Shown here: positions 1 to 9,102 of the stretch, one piece after another | Layout: each line of letters begins with the position of its first letter | How positions within the stretch are numbered: the stretch's first letter is position 1 | Assembly (NCBI GenBank): GCA_964351925.1 | Contig: CAYGQI010000001.1 | Span: 30,505-68,720 of the forward strand | Direction: 5' to 3' | From: an uncultured Anaerolineales bacterium | GTDB taxonomy: Bacteria; Chloroflexota; Anaerolineae; UBA7937; B3-Chlor | Length of the DNA stretch: 38,216 nucleotides | Translations under genes and position numbers: made by a program | The notes under the pieces: generated by a model | Told to the model about the DNA's origin: nothing | The model's database searches: none | What the model saw: only the letters and a program-made list of their open reading frames with translations

Positions 1-26
1 AAGGCGGCTATCTTGAGCGCGCCTTC

Positions 27-3000
27 ATGCCCGAGAAGTACGTCGAGCGTCAGGTAGCCGCAGCCGCGGAGAGGGTGTCCCAGACGGTGTCAGCCGAAGC
101 CACAACGTCTCTTCCTGTGGCTGTCACTCAGGCTGTTGTTCCTCCTGCGCCAAAGGTGGCTACACGTCTTTCAACAGAGGACTGGACTAGGGGAGTCAAG
201 GGAGCATCTTCGAAGGATGAGCTGCTCACTGCCTTGGACAACGGGCCTACCTTCAATGTCGAGAAGGTCGAGGGCCGCTTCCCGCCAGACCTACGAGAAG
301 GACGCTACATCCAGAGAGATCAGGCCGTGGCTCGTCTGGAAAGGGACGAGGCTGGTAAGCTGGTCAAGAAGAATGGCCGTTACACGATCCAGGTGGCCAT
401 GGGGATGGTGGACGAGGTTGAACTCACATCACTCAGACGAGTGTTGGCTCATGAGTGGGCACACTCTCTTGGCGATGCCATGCCCGTTGAAGTGGCGGCT
501 CTATGGAACGATGCCGAAGTCATGGCGGAGGATGTGCTCAGGTTCTTCAATGGAGAGCTGGATGAGACATCGGACGTCTATGCCCTAATCGCTGGCTTCG
601 CTTCTGACGAGCCAGACGAGTTCGCTGGTGTCATCACCTCGCTTCTTGGGCTGGCCACAGAGAAGGAAGCCAGAGCCAATGCTCGCAATATCTGGAGAAC
701 ATGGCTTCAGGCAACGCGGCCAGATGGCAAGTCGGTCCACTATCACTATGTCCAGACGACGTTCCGGGGACGTAGGGTGCTGGAGTCTCCTGAGACCTTC
801 ATGGAGTTCCTCGACAACTGGATCGGAGAGATGGAGCACTTGGGCATAGACGAGTCCAACATCGCTGCCATCCGCCAGCAGAAGATTGATCTTCAAGGCT
901 TCATGGACATGAAGTCGGCTAACGCGGCCTCCCTTGGCATCGAGCCTCCACCAATCTATCGTGGTTACTCACTGACGCAGCCGAGAGTCAATCGCTATGA
1001 CCCCGGCACGCTGACATGGCTGCTGGGCACACAGGATGCTCTGGCTCGTCAGAAGCTGTACGAGTCCATCTTGGACACGTGGTCAGGAGCACTCACGAAG
1101 CAGTTGGCCGAGAACCCATCTTTGGGCAAGCTGATGGCGGGTTCGGACATCGACATCATCAAGTCCCTACGTAATGGGTTCGTGGACAGCAAGGCCAACG
1201 CGGCCCGTATCGCCATGAATGGTGGTGAGCACCCAGCAATCGGTACTTGGAAGGGAGCCCTACCAAAGACCAACGAGTACATGCTGGACTACCAGACGTA
1301 CACGCGCTTCGATGAGTTCATGAAGAACCTGTACCCGTTCTGGATGTTCCCTAGCAGGTCGATCCCATTCTGGGTGAAGACGATGGCAGACCAGCCGTGG
1401 ATTCCGGCGATGTACTACAAGTACACTCGTTGGACGAACCAGAACCTGATCCAGAAGGGCATGTACAATTCTCTCGGAGAGCCTCTACCATCTAAGAGAG
1501 GCATGATGCGCATCCCAGGCACGGACATCTGGGTCAACCCGCTGTCTCCGCTGTCCTTCCGCTATGCCTTGATGATGTTTGACAGGTCATTCGAGTACTC
1601 GGGCGATGAGCAGCTGGAGAGCATGTCTATGGGAGAGCAGGTGGTTGGATGGTTGCAGACGGTTACGCGAGCCGCTGGCCTTGACATGCCATTCTGGATC
1701 ACCAGCCCAGCAGCTTTGGTGGGTATCATGGACGCCAACAAGCTGCCCACCTATCCGCCATACGCACCTTTGGCTCTCATCCCGCGCTGGTGGATAAACT
1801 CGATGGCCGACAAGGTGAAGGTGTTGGATGTGGTGTGGGACGGCTTCTTGCATCCCGACGTGCCTTGGAAGGACAGCAACGTTGAGCTATGGATACTCAA
1901 CGACATCCTACGCCGCTTCGATGAGGCTGTGACAGACACAGAGAAGATGGAGATCATCAAGGAAGCCAAGGAGGCTCTGGGCTACCGAGAGGACAGTAAG
2001 GGCAACTGGCACCTGGCTCCCCGCAAGGACAGTCCATACTGGAATCAGGCCGAGCATGAGGTGGACAAGAGCGAGTACTTCCAAGAGGTAGCAGGCTACT
2101 TCACTGGCATGTACCCACAGCCCTTCACGGATGCCCAGGCAAACATCTATGCTGTCCGCAGCTACAAGAACTTCCTGCGCGACATGATCAACAACGAGAC
2201 CGGAGCGAAGATTTTCGGGCTCGATCCGATCGCAGAGAACCGCTACAACAACTATGTCGAGAAGGGCTTCAAGTCCCCAATCGGACAGGTGGCCAGCCTA
2301 TACAACAACATGCGCTGGGTAATGACTCCTGGTGGAGAGCAGCTGTATGGAGAGGACCGTAGAAAGGCCATCGCTGAGAGCATTCATGAGGACGAGGCAA
2401 CATCCGCACGTTGGGACGCCATCAACGAGGCCAACGGTTGGCTGGACGCGCAGCTGAAGCTCATTCCTTTTGGGTCAGAGACTGCGGCTACCGAGGACAT
2501 CTGGACCAAGTGGTCAGAGTGGCGCGAGCAGATAGAACGCGACCCGATGTACGCCGACGCTCGCCGTAGCTGGTCCGTAGGCTACAAGCCCGAGTCGATG
2601 CTCTTCGATCAGTACCGTAGGCAGTTCTGGTCATACATCACAGAGACTCGCCCTCAGTGGGACAAAGAGAACGGAGAAGAGTACAAGGTATGGCAGGGCC
2701 GTATAGCGGAGTGGGAGAAGCAAATCCCGATGATTGCCCAGGCCATCATCAATGCCATGGTCTCTGAGAAGGTCGTTCCGTCTGTGGGTGGGCGAGAGGG
2801 AGCTCGCATAGTCCCAGGACAGTCCTTGCCGATCGCAGGCCGTCAGGGTTTCCAGCGTTACATCGACATCGACAAGTTGAAGACCAAGTTGCTGCAAGAG
2901 GCTACACCTTCTGGGTACCAGATGTGGTCGAAGGACAAGGCCACGTTGTACACTGCCATGGACAAGGCCTACGACGAGCTGTACCTAAACAAGTTCTGGG

Positions 3001-4097
3001 AAGGCCGTTCAGGCATGAAGGGCTATGCTCTGACAGCATTCGATGAGCAGTTCTTTGCGACCGTGAAGCCTCCGTCAGATCAAGCTATCATCGACTACGT
3101 CCTAACCAACTACCCAGGTCGCTGGACCGATGAGGAGATCGCGCAGGCTTTGGAGCACTCCGCGGGCAAGGTAACGGCGGAAGAGCGCATGGAGCCAACA
3201 ACCGAATACGAGAAGCAGGTACAGGAAGTCTGGGACATCCTCAACTGGGCTGGACCAAGTGCTGGTAGAACCAAGTTGGAGGCCGCTTTGTCGAAGGTCG
3301 GCGGCAATGTCGAGTCTGTCACCACGTGGTACGACACCAATGGAACATGGGGAGCAGACCAGAGCAACCCGAAGGTCAAGACCAAGTTTGAGGCGTTCCT
3401 GTCTGACCTCCGCCGCGCGGCTAATCTTCTGGACCTGAAGCCACCAACCGGGCCTCAGTTGCAGGAGTTGGTTCAGGCCGAGGCCGACAACAACGCTTTC
3501 AAGGCCCAGATCGCCGGACAGTATGGGGAAGGCTTCTGGGACCTACTGACGCTCTATGCCACGACGTCAGACAAGGCTGAGAAGAAGAAGGTTCGTCGGG
3601 AGAACCCCGAGATCGACGCCTACTACAAGGCCAAGGATGCCTACGCTCCCGAGCACCAGATTTGGGCCAAGTGGTACAACCCAGACCTGTATCGTGGGGA
3701 GGGGGGCGGCGGTGGAACAGCGGGAGGGGCTTGGTCTAGCCTCACCAATCCTAGCCGCGCGGCGAGGGCGGGTGCTCCGAAGGGCGGAGGTGTGGGCGGA
3801 GGAAAGTCCACTGTCTCTGCCAAGGGAAGTTGGGTGCCGATCGGCTTCCGCAGTGCCAACTATCTGACCAAGACAGGCTCCGGGGGCGCATCTGCCCAGC
3901 CGGTCTACCCGAAGGGCTTCCAGGCCGTTGTGGGGAAGCTGGCGATGAGGGAGATCGAGGGTCTGGCTGCGACCGGAGCGCCTCTGTCTGGACCTACAAC
4001 CCAGTTCCTACAGAACCTGATTGGCAGGCACCCAGATTGGCGGGAGTTCATCGAGTCCATTCTGAGCGACAGTCGCCGCTTGCTTTCGTCCGTGTAG
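27..4097 (+). CDS. Giant virion morphogenesis protein, probably portal-type or a portal fusion; the 5' end may lie upstream of the window
   Basis: 1356-aa ORF directly upstream of the scaffold and major capsid genes. The frame is open back to nt 3, so the start is uncertain. HEWAH (HExxH) at nt 450-464. Gly-rich tract near the C-terminus (GEGGGGGTAGG, GGGVGGGKS). Confidence 0.5.
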   Translation: MPEKYVERQVAAAAERVSQTVSAEATTSLPVAVTQAVVPPAPKVATRLSTEDWTRGVKGASSKDELLTALDNGPTFNVEKVEGRFPPDLREGRYIQRDQAVARLERDEAGKLVKKNGRYTIQVAMGMVDEVELTSLRRVLAHEWAHSLGDAMPVEVAALWNDAEVMAEDVLRFFNGELDETSDVYALIAGFASDEPDEFAGVITSLLGLATEKEARANARNIWRTWLQATRPDGKSVHYHYVQTTFRGRRVLESPETFMEFLDNWIGEMEHLGIDESNIAAIRQQKIDLQGFMDMKSANAASLGIEPPPIYRGYSLTQPRVNRYDPGTLTWLLGTQDALARQKLYESILDTWSGALTKQLAENPSLGKLMAGSDIDIIKSLRNGFVDSKANAARIAMNGGEHPAIGTWKGALPKTNEYMLDYQTYTRFDEFMKNLYPFWMFPSRSIPFWVKTMADQPWIPAMYYKYTRWTNQNLIQKGMYNSLGEPLPSKRGMMRIPGTDIWVNPLSPLSFRYALMMFDRSFEYSGDEQLESMSMGEQVVGWLQTVTRAAGLDMPFWITSPAALVGIMDANKLPTYPPYAPLALIPRWWINSMADKVKVLDVVWDGFLHPDVPWKDSNVELWILNDILRRFDEAVTDTEKMEIIKEAKEALGYREDSKGNWHLAPRKDSPYWNQAEHEVDKSEYFQEVAGYFTGMYPQPFTDAQANIYAVRSYKNFLRDMINNETGAKIFGLDPIAENRYNNYVEKGFKSPIGQVASLYNNMRWVMTPGGEQLYGEDRRKAIAESIHEDEATSARWDAINEANGWLDAQLKLIPFGSETAATEDIWTKWSEWREQIERDPMYADARRSWSVGYKPESMLFDQYRRQFWSYITETRPQWDKENGEEYKVWQGRIAEWEKQIPMIAQAIINAMVSEKVVPSVGGREGARIVPGQSLPIAGRQGFQRYIDIDKLKTKLLQEATPSGYQMWSKDKATLYTAMDKAYDELYLNKFWEGRSGMKGYALTAFDEQFFATVKPPSDQAIIDYVLTNYPGRWTDEEIAQALEHSAGKVTAEERMEPTTEYEKQVQEVWDILNWAGPSAGRTKLEAALSKVGGNVESVTTWYDTNGTWGADQSNPKVKTKFEAFLSDLRRAANLLDLKPPTGPQLQELVQAEADNNAFKAQIAGQYGEGFWDLLTLYATTSDKAEKKKVRRENPEIDAYYKAKDAYAPEHQIWAKWYNPDLYRGEGGGGGTAGGAWSSLTNPSRAARAGAPKGGGVGGGKSTVSAKGSWVPIGFRSANYLTKTGSGGASAQPVYPKGFQAVVGKLAMREIEGLAATGAPLSGPTTQFLQNLIGRHPDWREFIESILSDSRRLLSSV

Positions 4098-4120
4098 TTA
4101 TGGTATAGTTGACATAAGAG
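4080..4120 (+). promoter_or_regulatory. Putative extended -10 promoter plus conserved leader upstream of the scaffold and capsid genes
   Basis: TTGCTT (4080-4085), 18-nt spacer, TGgTATAGT (4101-4109), followed by AGTTGACATAAGAG (4107-4120). The same 14-mer occurs at 20202-20215. Confidence 0.4.
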
Positions 4121-4162
4121 TCGGGGAACCTTACAAACCAATAACCCGATATGGAGGCAACG

Positions 4163-4960
4163 ATGCCTGAGAACGTACTTCCAGTTGCTGGTGGCAGCAA
4201 CGATGGGGTTCCTTCTGGGACGCCCATTCCAGGCGGGGTTGAAACTACGGCTCCAGTAGCCGTACCAGCGACGCCCGTACAGCCATCAACCGACGCGGAG
4301 GACTGGAGATCAAAGTACGAGGAACTGCACACGCAGTTCACGCGCGACATCTCCCAGCAGAAGTCTACCTTCCAGTCGCAGATTTCTAGGATCGAGAACG
4401 AACGTCAGCAGGAGCGCAAGAATCTTGAGCAGGAACTGCACAAGCTTCGAACCGCCTCGATGGACGAGCCTGATCGCTTGAAGTACGAGAACCAGCTCTA
4501 CAGTCAGAAGCTGAGCGAGTACGAGACCCAAGTGGGACAGTACAAGCAGCAAGTGGAAGACGCCCAGGGCTTCGGTTCAGCGATCGGTGCATTCGCCAAG
4601 CTCGGCATTCCAGTTGACAGGCTGGACCTAGATCATGGCCCTGATGCTCTGGCAGAGAGCGGATGGAGAGCCGTGGCCGACCGCATGGCCTACCTGCAAT
4701 CTATCGCAGTGGGGCGTGCGCCTGCCCCTGTGACACCCAACCCGGTACAGGCCGCAAGACCCGTACCAAGGCCTGGAGAAGTGACGCCACCCCAGGTTGT
4801 ATCAGCACCTGGTTCTACCACCACCGGACGAACGTGGGGCGAAGTTACAGCCCAACTGACGAAGGAGTGGGGACGCCCAGTGACTGAGAGCGACGTCTAT
4901 GACGCAGTAGAAGCTGGCCAGCTACCGCACACAATCATTCCAGGCCTGGAGAACACCTAG
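4163..4960 (+). CDS. Scaffolding protein (probable)
   Basis: GGAGG sits 5 nt upstream of ATG 4163; the ORF-track start at 4151 has no RBS. Long Q/E/K-rich coiled-coil-like centre. Lies between the portal-type gene and the capsid gene. Confidence 0.6.
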   Translation: MPENVLPVAGGSNDGVPSGTPIPGGVETTAPVAVPATPVQPSTDAEDWRSKYEELHTQFTRDISQQKSTFQSQISRIENERQQERKNLEQELHKLRTASMDEPDRLKYENQLYSQKLSEYETQVGQYKQQVEDAQGFGSAIGAFAKLGIPVDRLDLDHGPDALAESGWRAVADRMAYLQSIAVGRAPAPVTPNPVQAARPVPRPGEVTPPQVVSAPGSTTTGRTWGEVTAQLTKEWGRPVTESDVYDAVEAGQLPHTIIPGLENT

Positions 4961-4984
4961 CACCTGGAAGACTGAGGTGCAACA

Positions 4985-5980
4985 ATGCCTAGCAATGTAA
5001 ATGAGACCGAGTATGCGAGTGCCGTAAAGACTTCTTACGAGCGCCGCTTGCTCACCCGAGCACTACCTCGACTGATCCACACGCGCTTTGGTGATCAGGC
5101 GAGAGTCAACCGCGGCTTCGGAACCCTTGAGTTCCGCAAGTACGCAGGTCTGTCAGCTGTGACGACTGCGCTGGACGAGGGCAACACCCCGAACAGCCAG
5201 CTTGCACCGAGCCTGTCTTCGATCACCATCACTCCTCTTTGGTACGGTGCTTGGCTCGGCTTCACAGACAAGATCGACATGGTCGCCTTCGACCCACTCG
5301 TCTCAGAAATGAGCGCGATCCTGGGAGAGCAGGCTGGTCTTTCGATCGACACGCTGACCCGCAACACCCTCGTGGCGGGAGCAACGGATGACTTCTCAAA
5401 TGGTGTGGCTGCTCGTGCCAACCTGGCCGCTGGCGACAAGATCGCCTACGCGGACTTCCTAGTTCAGATCGCTGAGTTGGAAGCAGGCAACGCACGTCCG
5501 GTCGATGGCCGCTACAAGGTCATCATCCACCCATACACGTGGGCAACGCTGATGCAGGATACGACCTTCGTGACCCTGTTCGCACGTGAAGCCAACAGTG
5601 CGATCCGCAGCGGTCTCGTGGGGACGCTTCTGAACTGCGACATCTACGTGTCAAGCAACGCAGCCAGCTACACACTTGCTGGTTCAGGCTCAGCCTACAC
5701 TGTTTACTCAGCGCTGTTCATTGGTGCAGAGAGCTACGGTGTCTACGGCATGGGCGACCTGACCCCGAACTTCAACATGGACGGGTCTGGTGCAGAGTAC
5801 AAGAACATGACCGGCATGAAGGTGAAGCCAGTCAACATCATCATCAAGGACCTGGGCTCAGCCGGAACGGCAGACCCATTGAACCAGCGCGGCACGCTTG
5901 CGTGGAAGTGCGCGCACATTGCCAAGATTTTGAACAGCGCGTGGATCAGGGACCTTGAGCACATCAACGACATGAGCTAG
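4985..5980 (+). CDS. Major capsid protein (HK97-fold type)
   Basis: 331 aa with a GAGGTG RBS. Position after the scaffold, and capsid-like sequence pattern (FRKY..L....LDEGNTP...PLWYG). Followed by a strong hairpin. Confidence 0.75.
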   Translation: MPSNVNETEYASAVKTSYERRLLTRALPRLIHTRFGDQARVNRGFGTLEFRKYAGLSAVTTALDEGNTPNSQLAPSLSSITITPLWYGAWLGFTDKIDMVAFDPLVSEMSAILGEQAGLSIDTLTRNTLVAGATDDFSNGVAARANLAAGDKIAYADFLVQIAELEAGNARPVDGRYKVIIHPYTWATLMQDTTFVTLFAREANSAIRSGLVGTLLNCDIYVSSNAASYTLAGSGSAYTVYSALFIGAESYGVYGMGDLTPNFNMDGSGAEYKNMTGMKVKPVNIIIKDLGSAGTADPLNQRGTLAWKCAHIAKILNSAWIRDLEHINDMS

Positions 5981-6011
5981 GCCAACTAGGCACATAGCTA
6001 GCGCATGACCC

Positions 6012-6035
6012 GAGGAGGGTCGCAAGGCCCTCCTC
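6012..6035 (+). terminator. GC-rich stem-loop after the capsid gene (attenuator or mRNA stabiliser; no U-tract)
   Basis: GAGGAGGGTC-GCAA-GGCCCTCCTC: 10-bp stem (one G.U) capped by a GNRA tetraloop. Confidence 0.5.
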
Positions 6036-6082
6036 AAACCAAACCCCGCTGAAGTGTGTTCCCACTCAGCAGGAGGAAACCA

Positions 6083-6529
6083 ATGAGTGTATTCGTGAAG
6101 GGAATGCCGCCAACACTGGGCGACAATCCTGCAATCAGACAGATCGCTGGCATGGGTCACTACTCTCTTCAGAGTGACACAACCATTGACACAACGGCCA
6201 CGTCGTGGACGCTGTTCAATGTACCGGCGAATGTGGTGATTGAGGCCGTATCGCTTGAGGTAACGACCGCGTTCACCTCAACAGGCGGTGCGGGTCTCGC
6301 AGTGCGTCTTGGCGATACTCCAGGCGGACGCCAATTTGGTGTGTTTGGTCTCGGCACTCTGGGAACTCTTGGAACGTACAAGAAGCCCGTCGGTGCCGAA
6401 TACGACACTCCGGTGGTGATCTACGGCACCTTGCTGGCTGGCGGCTCAACCGCAGCCACAGGCGCAGCCAACGTCTGGCTGACGTACCGTCCGAACTCAA
6501 ATGAGCAGAAGTGGAGCAACGTGAAGTAA
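6083..6529 (+). CDS. Small capsid-module protein, paralog A (possible decoration or head-fibre protein)
   Basis: AGGAGG RBS before ATG 6083. Shares the core LFNVPANVVIE with the next gene (LLNIPANIIVE) and is of similar length. Confidence 0.55.
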   Translation: MSVFVKGMPPTLGDNPAIRQIAGMGHYSLQSDTTIDTTATSWTLFNVPANVVIEAVSLEVTTAFTSTGGAGLAVRLGDTPGGRQFGVFGLGTLGTLGTYKKPVGAEYDTPVVIYGTLLAGGSTAATGAANVWLTYRPNSNEQKWSNVK

Positions 6530-6552
6530 CGTTGACTTCGTAGGAGGCACCA

Positions 6553-7005
6553 ATGGGTAGTGCAGCAGTAGGCTCAAAGACTCTCCCACAAGCTGGCGAG
6601 ATGTTCCTGGGCGACGATCCCGCGGTAGTGCGGGTAATCAAGATCACGGCAGGCTTCGACTGCGGTGACGTGACGGGCATCGAGACGCAGGCGGCACACG
6701 TCTTGCTCAACATCCCCGCCAACATCATCGTGGAGAAGGCCGCTGAGTACGTCGTAACAGCATGGACCGGATCGGTGACGATCTCGGTTGGTGACTGTGA
6801 CAGCGCGGCTCAGTTCATCGCAGCTGCGTCAAGCACGACCGCCGCAGCATGGAAGCTGGGACCAGACACGGTCGCCGTGTCTATGCAGATTTACACCGCG
6901 GCAAGCGCCATCACCATGACCGTTGGTGGAGCGAACCCAGCAGCGGGCAAGAGCGACTTCTTCATCTGGTACAACTTGGCTCCGTCAGTTCAGAGCTACG
7001 CGTAA
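6553..7005 (+). CDS. Small capsid-module protein, paralog B
   Basis: AGGAGG RBS, 150 aa. Similar by eye to 6083-6529. Confidence 0.55.
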   Translation: MGSAAVGSKTLPQAGEMFLGDDPAVVRVIKITAGFDCGDVTGIETQAAHVLLNIPANIIVEKAAEYVVTAWTGSVTISVGDCDSAAQFIAAASSTTAAAWKLGPDTVAVSMQIYTAASAITMTVGGANPAAGKSDFFIWYNLAPSVQSYA

Positions 7006-7025
7006 CCTGATGTGAGATCATAGGC

Positions 7026-7064
7026 GGAGGGAGGTGGGGCTCTTCCCCGGCCCTGCCTCCCTCC
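7026..7064 (+). terminator. GC-rich stem-loop downstream of the capsid-module paralogs
   Basis: GGAGGGAGG (7026-7034) pairs with CCTCCCTCC (7056-7064). Contains an inner GGGG/CCCC hairpin. No U-tract. Confidence 0.4.
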
Positions 7065-7078
7065 GGGGGAACATAGCT

Positions 7079-8101
7079 ATGAGAAAAGCAGATAAGGTGG
7101 CTCTTGTCGGATGGTGGCAAGAGACCCGAGAACTGGTACCATGGGACGACCCCAGTTTTGAAATCTGGGGGCTGAATGAAGCCTATGCTCGGCCATGGAT
7201 GAAGCGCTGGGACCGCTGGTTCCAGGTTCACGGTCGGTGGAACTTCAGCCGCCTGAACAATCCGAACGACCCCAATCACTTCGAATGGCTCAAAGCACAG
7301 AAGGCTGTGGCCGATGGCGGCTTCCCCATCTACATGCAGAGGGAGTGGACCGACATTCCGGCCAGTACCCGTTTCCCTCTGGAGGACATCACTCAAGCCT
7401 ACCTGGCTCCATACATCAAGCGCCTTCGCTTCCCCGGCACCGAAAAGGAGCTTGAGGAGGACACGAAGGGCTACTACACCAGCTCTGTAGCGCTCATGGT
7501 AGCGTTTGCTCTTCACGAAGGCTTCAAGGAGATTCACTTCTACGGCTTCACGATGGGGAGCGACACAGAGTACAAGTACCAACGGATCAATGGAGAGTTC
7601 TGGATCGGCCTGTGCGCTGGGCGAGGTGTCAAGATCGTACTGCCTGACCCCTGCACTCTCCTGACTTCATCAGGCTTGTATGGATACGAGGTGACTGAGA
7701 TGCTAGGACGACAGGACCTTGAGTTTCGAATGACGGACCTGAAGAGACTGGTTGACCAAAAGACGGCCATGGTCAACACGCTCCACGGAGCCATCCAGGG
7801 ATTGGGCAAGGTCGTGAACATCCATCCCGAGTTGGCAGAGACCGTGAAGCCCGAGATGGAGAAGTTCGAGCAGCAGGTCAAGGCCGCGGAGAACGAGCTG
7901 TACTCTGTCAAGGGAGCAGAGCTTGAGGTCATGAACTGGCTCAAGACGATCGATCTGCAACCAACCCATCCTGACTTCGGAAAGTATGTCATGGGAACCG
8001 AAGCCGAAGCAATCCGGGCACGTGAGGGTGAAGCGCTCCGAGAGTTCGGGAGAGAGTTTGCGGAACCCGCCATAGCCCGCAGTGATGGGCCAGATGCCTA
8101 A
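7079..8101 (+). CDS. CstII/DUF115-like glycosyltransferase-fold protein with a C-terminal coiled coil (tentative)
   Basis: YYTSSVALMVAFALHEGFKEIHFYGFTMG resembles the TSG..M...A.ALGYKEIYL.G.D motif of GT42/DUF115 enzymes. The N-terminal V.L.G....P.DD.FE.W..N.AY is analogous to IAGNGPS...FRCNQFY, but the GNGPS loop is not conserved. Confidence 0.4.
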   Translation: MRKADKVALVGWWQETRELVPWDDPSFEIWGLNEAYARPWMKRWDRWFQVHGRWNFSRLNNPNDPNHFEWLKAQKAVADGGFPIYMQREWTDIPASTRFPLEDITQAYLAPYIKRLRFPGTEKELEEDTKGYYTSSVALMVAFALHEGFKEIHFYGFTMGSDTEYKYQRINGEFWIGLCAGRGVKIVLPDPCTLLTSSGLYGYEVTEMLGRQDLEFRMTDLKRLVDQKTAMVNTLHGAIQGLGKVVNIHPELAETVKPEMEKFEQQVKAAENELYSVKGAELEVMNWLKTIDLQPTHPDFGKYVMGTEAEAIRAREGEALREFGREFAEPAIARSDGPDA

Positions 8102-8486
8102 AGCGACGGCAGACTGGTGGAAAAGGGAACCACCAGATGGAGACGAGCAGAGGCCCGCTGGGGCGCTCTACTGCCTCTTCTGCAAGCGCTACATCTCGCC
8201 TTTGCACCTAGAACGCCACAATGAGCAGCATGCTACTGTAGCGGAAGGATGGGAGGAACGGAATGGGAAAGCACAAGAACAGAAGGGGAAACCCCAATTC
8301 AGACCTGGGACCCAATCGGGACTTGAGTCGGGAGCAGGAGATTCTCCACAGCCAAAGGCATCTGGACCCCCAGATAGCCCGCCTGCTGGAGATGATCCCG
8401 AGCGCAACGGAGAGCCAGAAGCTGGAAATCTCGCTGATGCTTCAGAAGATAGCGAGGGGTCCGGCGTCGTTGCTGGAACGGCCTGA
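8082..8486 (+). CDS. Hypothetical ORF with a CxxC...HxxxxH zinc-finger-like motif; coding status of the 3' half is doubtful
   Basis: CLFCKRYISPLHLERHNEQH near the N-terminus. The last 224 nt overlap 8263-9060 out of frame, and that part translates to low-complexity sequence. Confidence 0.25.
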   Translation: MMGQMPKATADWWKREPPDGDEQRPAGALYCLFCKRYISPLHLERHNEQHATVAEGWEERNGKAQEQKGKPQFRPGTQSGLESGAGDSPQPKASGPPDSPPAGDDPERNGEPEAGNLADASEDSEGSGVVAGTA

Positions 8487-9060
8487 CGGTGGTCAACGCA
8501 TAGCCCAGCTGCGGCACAAGGCAGCTCAGGTTGATGCGACCACGGAGAAGTTCGAGAAGGACAGGGAAACCTTCATCGAGACGACTATCGAAGAGGCCGA
8601 ACGCAAGCTCAAGAAGACGGGGGCTGAGGCCGACAAGATCAAGGCCAAGGTCGCTACTGAACTACAGCACATGATCCAAGATGCTCGAGCTCGTCGTGGC
8701 TCGGACAAGATCAACATGGATCGCCTGCTGTCTACCATGCCAAAGAGGAAGATCGTCGTGACTGGATCGGTGGAGATGATCCGCCGTGGGGAGAACATCA
8801 TCCCTGAGATTCAGCCCGAGGTCATCCGCATCAAGCACCGCACGTTCGTCTTCCCGCCTGGGGAGTGGGAAGTCCCAGAGCTGGTAGCTCAGGTGCATGA
8901 TGAGAGACTACGTAAGGCCGAGGAGCAGCGCAAGCGAGAGAATGTGCTTCAGGCTGTTGGCGAGGCCGGACGTGATACCGAAGTGTTCAAGCAGTGGGAC
9001 AAGATCAATGAGGAGTACGGCTCACAGACCGATCGTGTTCCATCTTACGGAGTCTACTAG
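8263..9060 (+). CDS. Hypothetical protein, charged and coiled-coil rich
   Basis: GGGAGGA RBS 5 nt upstream of the ATG. 265 aa of protein-like sequence. Confidence 0.6.
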   Translation: MGKHKNRRGNPNSDLGPNRDLSREQEILHSQRHLDPQIARLLEMIPSATESQKLEISLMLQKIARGPASLLERPDGGQRIAQLRHKAAQVDATTEKFEKDRETFIETTIEEAERKLKKTGAEADKIKAKVATELQHMIQDARARRGSDKINMDRLLSTMPKRKIVVTGSVEMIRRGENIIPEIQPEVIRIKHRTFVFPPGEWEVPELVAQVHDERLRKAEEQRKRENVLQAVGEAGRDTEVFKQWDKINEEYGSQTDRVPSYGVY

Positions 9061-9102
9061 ACACGGTGAGCCCCCACCACAGAGCGGGCAACCGGAGACA
9101 CA

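Noticed and set aside
3556-4350. Several overlapping ORFs on both strands around the Gly-rich C-terminus of the giant protein and the scaffold gene start.
   Set aside because: They are artefacts of GGN/CCN-rich sequence lacking stops. They are nested in or antisense to the long ORF.
6962-8073. The - strand ORFs 6962-7582 (206 aa) and 7540-8073 (177 aa).
   Set aside because: They are antisense to the motif-bearing 7079-8101 gene. Their composition is low-complexity, Ser/Pro/Arg-rich and typical of shadow frames.
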